Source: Octopus sinensis
Taxonomy: Eukaryota
Assembly (NCBI RefSeq): GCF_006345805.1
Contig: NW_021827567.1
Coordinates: forward strand, 1-26,743
Reading direction: 5' to 3'
Length of the DNA: 26,743 nucleotides
Part shown: in pieces, positions 22,236 through 26,743 of the stretch
How positions within the stretch are numbered: position 1 is the stretch's first letter
Layout of the letters: every line of letters begins with the position of its first letter
Notes under the pieces: model-generated
The model's database searches: none
What the model was told of the DNA's origin: nothing
Seen by the model: the letters and a program-made list of their open reading frames with translations, nothing else
Translations under genes and position numbers: made by a program

Positions 22236-22450
22236 TCTTTACTTGTTTCAGTTATTGGACTGTGGCCGTGCTGGAGGAACCGCCTTGAAGGGTGTGGCCG
22301 AACAAATCCACCACAGTAGTTATTGATTTTTGTATATTTTATTCTGGTACGTATTCTATATGTCTCTTAGCCGAACCGCAAAATTACGGGGAGGGGGGGC
22401 ATAAACACCGATTGTCTGCGATACTGGAAGAACAAAGATATACACACATA
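22236..22450 (-). mobile_element. tRNA-derived SINE 3' half, degenerate
   Basis: tctttacttgtttcagttattggactgtggccgtgctggagg...gccgaaccgc matches 14330-14460. Confidence 0.8.
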
Positions 22451-22463
22451 CCTACATTCATAC

Positions 22464-22511
<48 letters not shown>

Positions 22512-22529
22512 CATATATATACATATATA

Positions 22530-22747
22530 TATCGCTTTTGGTTTGCAAGATTCTTAATGTGAGTTCGTGTGTTGGAGCATATTCTGTTGTGTATGGGGAG
22601 AGTCATTCTCTTTTGGTGCCTTATAATTTAACACAAGACGCAACGAAAATTTTAGAAAAATAAAAAAGAAATAAGTGGAAATTTTACCGGTGTGATTAAA
22701 TTATAAGGCACCAAAAGAGAATGACTTTCTCCAGACACAACAGAATA
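22530..22747. mobile_element. (TA)n-flanked fold-back repeat, related to positions 10-120 of the long IR
   Basis: Arms 22580-22634 and 22691-22747; gagttcgtgtgttggagcata...ggggagagtcattc...gccttat is homologous to 46-110. Confidence 0.8.
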
Positions 22748-22777
22748 CATATATATATATATGTATATATATATATG

Positions 22778-22940
22778 TAGGTCCCGGGTTGAGTCGGGGT
22801 TAACCACAGTAAATAAGGTACTCAATACATGGCAGAGTAAATTAATTTATTTTATAGAAGGGGCTTCTACAGGACTAGAACTGTTTCATTCATTGAATGA
22901 AACAGTTCTAGTCCTGTAGAAGCTCTTCTATAAAATAAAT
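22778..22940 (-). mobile_element. (TA)n-flanked repeat ending in a 96-bp near-perfect hairpin (22845-22940)
   Basis: Arms 22845-22892 and 22894-22940 with a 1-nt centre; both arms carry GAAAC-N7-GTC. Confidence 0.8.
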
Positions 22941-22963
22941 GTATATATATATATATATATATA

Positions 22964-23003
<40 letters not shown>

Positions 23004-23074
23004 TATTCTATTTATGTATGTATCTATGTATATATGTATGTATGCTCTTCTTTTTCTCTTTTGAATTTGGAGTT

Positions 23075-23410
23075 AATTTTGACCAGCTACTTGCTTCGAA
23101 GTAAGGTTACGAAGGAAAGCATCCTGTTTTATTCATCGCGCTTTAAATCTTAAGAAAGTCCTGCAGGTTTTTATAGTCCCAGATATCTTGATCATTTTGC
23201 TGTGTGTGAATTCAAGATTTGTATTCTCTCCCTCAAGAACCCAAGTTCAGGCTGCTTAGTATGCATCATTGTTGTCCACGGGGCAGTTGCTTTCCATAAC
23301 AAAGGACATCCTTTCTTTGTGATTCCACACAATATCTGGCTGATTATGTTTGAACTGAGGGACTGTTTTAATTTTTAATCTCCACCAATAGCAGTAACAT
23401 TAGAAGCCAT
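23075..23410 (-). mobile_element. R4/Dong-like non-LTR element 3' remnant (restriction-like endonuclease)
   Basis: IKTVPQFKHNQPDIVWNHKERMSFVMESNCP fits the REL pattern KHN.PDIv.W......iiE.sCP; downstream SGTIKTCRTFLRF resembles the ORF end. Confidence 0.7.
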
Positions 23411-23414
23411 GAGT

Positions 23415-23525
23415 GTATAACTAAGGGTTGTTTATCAATTTTGACCAATGAAACGTTCCCATATTGCCCACATGCCCCATTCAAACTTTTCATTGGTTAA
23501 AATGATGAACAACCCTCAGTTATAC
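23415..23525. mobile_element. ~110-bp MITE-like hairpin element
   Basis: ~39-bp imperfect TIRs at 23415-23453 and 23488-23525, with TA at both termini. Confidence 0.7.
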
Positions 23526-23761
23526 ATCCGCTGCTTCCAACACGAATACCATATCGCCCGAAGAAATGAACCTATGAATATGATCCACCCAATGTCCATG
23601 GATACCATGGACTATACTATATTTATCCCGAGAATATGGACTATGATCGTAAGAAACATGTGATCTGTGGAAACGCGCATAGTGTTGCATTAAAATATTT
23701 ATAAATTCCATACATGGATTATTACTATTATTGTTATTATCATTATTATTATTAATAATAT

Positions 23762-23772
23762 TACTACTACTG

Positions 23773-23845
<73 letters not shown>

Positions 23846-23866
23846 ACACACACACACACATTCACA

Positions 23867-23900
<34 letters not shown>
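23762..23900. repeat. (TAC)n(CA)n(TA)n compound microsatellite
   Basis: Direct inspection. Confidence 0.95.
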
Positions 23901-23905
<5 letters not shown>

Positions 23906-24045
23906 GCTTCCACACAGTTTCTATCTACCAAAATTTCTCACAAAACATCGGTTGGACCAGTGCTATAATAGAAGACACTTGTTCAAGGTGCCGTGCGGTT
24001 GGCCTGAACCCGAAAGCATGTGATAGCAAAGCAAGCTTCTTCCCA
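23901..24045 (-). mobile_element. tRNA-derived SINE 5' half, degenerate
   Basis: ctataatagaagacacttgttcaaggtgccgtgcggttggcctgaacccg matches the SINE family at 6200-6300. Confidence 0.75.
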
Positions 24046-24064
24046 CCTTTTCACAACCATTGCC

Positions 24065-24225
24065 AACAAAATTTGTGAAAGTGAGGGAAGGGGAGATAAT
24101 TGAGGTAAGGCTTTGAGGAATTTGTTAGTGACAAATGAGTTTTGGCGCACCAATGACAGTTGAATGACTTCGAAGCTTTGAACCTCCAGTCTTGTAAGAA
24201 AGAGAGCTGCAGGGATATTTATTTC
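24065..24225 (-). mobile_element. Possible REL-type non-LTR C-terminal remnant
   Basis: FEVIQL/IGA/FVTNKFLKAL weakly resembles the EVG.RGFV motif; frameshifted. Confidence 0.3.
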
Positions 24226-24233
24226 TTCATCTA

Positions 24234-24362
24234 GAAGAAGAAGAAGAAGAAGAAGTAGAAGAAGAAGAAGAAGAAGAAGAAGAAGAAGAAGAAGAAGAAG
24301 AAGAAGAACAACAACAACAACAACACAACAACAACAGCAACAACAACAACAACAGCAACAAC
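24234..24362. repeat. (GAA)n(CAA)n microsatellite
   Basis: Direct inspection. Confidence 0.95.
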
Positions 24363-24539
24363 GATTATGATGATGGTGTTGAGGTCGATGACGATGACTT
24401 TTATTTGTTTTATTTGCCACATGGACATCCAATTAGGCAAACATTAAGAGGACAGTTTATAATTTGCATAAAAGATGAGACAGAAGATTGAAATATAAAT
24501 TGAAATAAAAGCATGCTGAGTATCTCACTATTAGCGTGA

Positions 24540-24797
24540 ATATGTGTCTCATCTTGGCTGGCGAAGTTGAACCGACAGAGGTTCCATCGCCTGCGAACAG
24601 GACGGGATTCCATGGGCCAGAAAGAAGACGCTTACTCCTCGCCTTCGATCCCTACGGATTACCAATGCTCGACCAGCGGCAGAGCACTTCCGAGCAGGCA
24701 TCGGACCGGTTGGGCATACAACCGGACACACACCGCCCAGTCTTTTTTCGCCCATGTGATATACTTGGTCATCATCGACAACGACGGATGAACTAAC
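24540..24797 (+). mobile_element. RTE-clade LINE 3' end remnant
   Basis: YQCSTSGRALPSRH...YNRTH resembles the RTE terminal C..CgR.c.SRIGL.SH.R.H; ends ggtcatcatcgacaacgacggatgaac, like RTE 3' termini. Confidence 0.6.
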
Positions 24798-25127
24798 AAA
24801 TGTCCGACGGCGCGCGCACGCACCTGTATGAGTGTGTGTGGTGGGGTTGGAGTTGGGGTTGGTGAGATAATGGCGATCAATGACTAGGAGTTAGAGACAA
24901 TACTTTTCTATACAATAACAGTGACACCTTCGCTTCCGACATGTCACAACACAACCCGAATGAGAATCGTTGTTTGCATGTTTATAGCTGTATACAAGGC
25001 GAATACCTGTGGATGCGTGTGAGTATGTATGTGTGTTTGTACGCATGCGTGTGTATATGTGTTCTATATGTATATGCATTTATGTATTATATTTCTGTAT
25101 ATGTGTATGAATGTATACATATAGTTT

Positions 25128-25162
<35 letters not shown>

Positions 25163-25171
25163 TGTGTGTAT

Positions 25172-25445
25172 ACCAGGCCGAAACTGTCGCTGGAGGCTAG
25201 GATGAACAAGCATAGATTGGCATATTTTGGTCATACTATGCGGAGAATGTCCCTGGAGAAGGACATCATGCTCGGAATGGTCAGTGGCAAGAGAGGAAGA
25301 GGCCGACCAAGAACCCGCTGACTTGACACCATCAAGAGTGATACCGGAATGGACATAGCCAATCTGAAAGAAGCGGCCCAGGATAGAACTGACTGGAGGA
25401 CACTGATCCATCAGTAACCGAGTAACTGATCCATCGAGTAACTGA
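25172..25445 (+). mobile_element. 5'-truncated RTE/BovB-like LINE 3' end
   Basis: RLAYFGHTMRRMSLEKDIMLGMVSGKRGRGRPRTR*LDTIK...LKEAAQDRTDWRTLIH; short duplicated tail ctgatccatc..gtaac. Confidence 0.9.
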
Positions 25446-25449
25446 GCGG

Positions 25450-25477
25450 ATACATAGAGTGTGTGTATACATTTATG

Positions 25478-25563
<86 letters not shown>

Positions 25564-25825
25564 GCGTGTGTGTGTGTGCCTAATATATATGTGTATGCAT
25601 GCATATTTGTATAAAGTTTCCATTTATGCACGCGTGTACAGGTGTGTTTATATTTGTATGCTTGTAGGTAGATATGTATGTGTATATACATATATAAATA
25701 TATACACATAATGTATGTTTTGATATATGTGTGTATATATTACATATATATATATATAATATATTTATATATATATATATATTATATTATATATATATAC
25801 TAAATCTATAGTATACTATAAATAT
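25450..25825. repeat. Compound (CA)n(TA)n(TG)n microsatellite
   Basis: Direct inspection. Confidence 0.9.
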
Positions 25826-26743
25826 ATAACTTAGAATAACTTAGAAGATTTTGGCCAGTATTGGCCAGGCCATGTCTAACTAATAGCACCACCTGGCGAA
25901 GTCTTTCGTTCAGGATTTGGGCACCAGGCCCATTCGAGCAGAGATTTATTGTTTGCGGAGACATATCCGGGTGTGGGTGGTTTTGTCCGGTACTGTTTGA
26001 AGGAATTGTCCAAAGACTCTTGAATTTTGTGTGGTCAGTTTCTTTTTTGACGTGTCCTGGTGTAATGTTGAAGAGAGCGGGTCCAATTGAGGTGAAATAG
26101 TGTGTGCCGTATTGTCGTTATGTGATGCGATTTAGATTTTTTTTTATTGTGGACGGATGGCACGTGGTCCAGCCTTGGATTTATTTTGAAGGTGATGCCA
26201 ACATCATTCGGACAGTGCTGATGGAATATTTTCCACATCATACAGATATGTAGCGTTCACGGCGTCGTTGGAGTGAATACAATTTCAGCTTCTCTAGTCT
26301 ACCCCAGTGTCAAGGTCCGACATGCCATCTATCTTTTTTGTGATTGACCTTTGGGGAGCTTCAATTCTCATAATTTTTGTTTTGTGTAGGGAGACCACAG
26401 TGGACAGCAGTATTCAAGGTGGGGTTGGGCAAAAGTGGAGAAGAGAAGGATAATAGTGTGGGAATCTCTCGACTGAAAGGTTCTGAGAATCCAGGAACAC
26501 ATTCTGCGGGCCATGTCAACTTTGCTGCTTATATGTGTAGCCCAGCTTATGTTGTTGTCCACTGTTACTCCCAAGTCTCTGATGTTGTTGGATGCCATGA
26601 GAATTTCTCCGGAAGGAAGTGAGCATGGGAGTTTCAGAGCGTCCTCCCTTCCAAAGTGGATCAGTTCGAATTTGTCTTCATTTAGCAACATGTTATTCTT
26701 TTCCGCCCATTGGACAACAGCAAGTACAGTCTGACTGAAGGTT
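25826..26743 (-). mobile_element. CR1-group LINE 3' portion (RT C-terminus), decayed; continues beyond the window
   Basis: QWAEKNNMLLNEDKFELIHFG...RDLGVTVDNNISWATHI...QPHLEYCCPLWSPYTKQ; stops and frameshifts downstream; tandem 10-bp tail (ataacttaga)x2 at 25826-25845. Confidence 0.92.

Noticed and set aside
26513-26734. Plus-strand 73-aa ORF and other ORFs antisense to transposon remnants
   Set aside because: Shadow frames of minus-strand CR1 or mariner coding sequence

Overview
Eukaryotic, gene-free, repeat-saturated window. It is most likely octopus: the SINE families resemble the abundant tRNA-derived octopus SINEs, recognised from memory and not by search. No intact host gene is supported, and nearly all listed ORFs are microsatellite translations. 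Contents: a full-length decayed mariner (8960-10223, TA TSD); remnants of Tx1/L1-like, Penelope-like, RTE (x3), R4/Dong-like and CR1-like retroelements; at least four tRNA-derived SINE types; and many microsatellites. Three things stand out. (i) A tRNA-headed, TSD-bounded retroelement carries a minimal type I hammerhead ribozyme and an inverted 5' copy of its own 3' end (14124-14890). (ii) A 436-bp fold-back element contains a hammerhead-like motif with a compensatory U3-A8 core (20079-20136, minus strand), and a 54-bp copy of that core sits in a SINE tail at 17944-17997. (iii) There is a series of fold-back structures next to (TA)n tracts, plus a >1 kb inverted repeat (1-1437 / 4747-5833) enclosing two tandem LINE remnants. 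Together these suggest a non-autonomous, Penelope-mobilised, ribozyme-bearing element system (inference).
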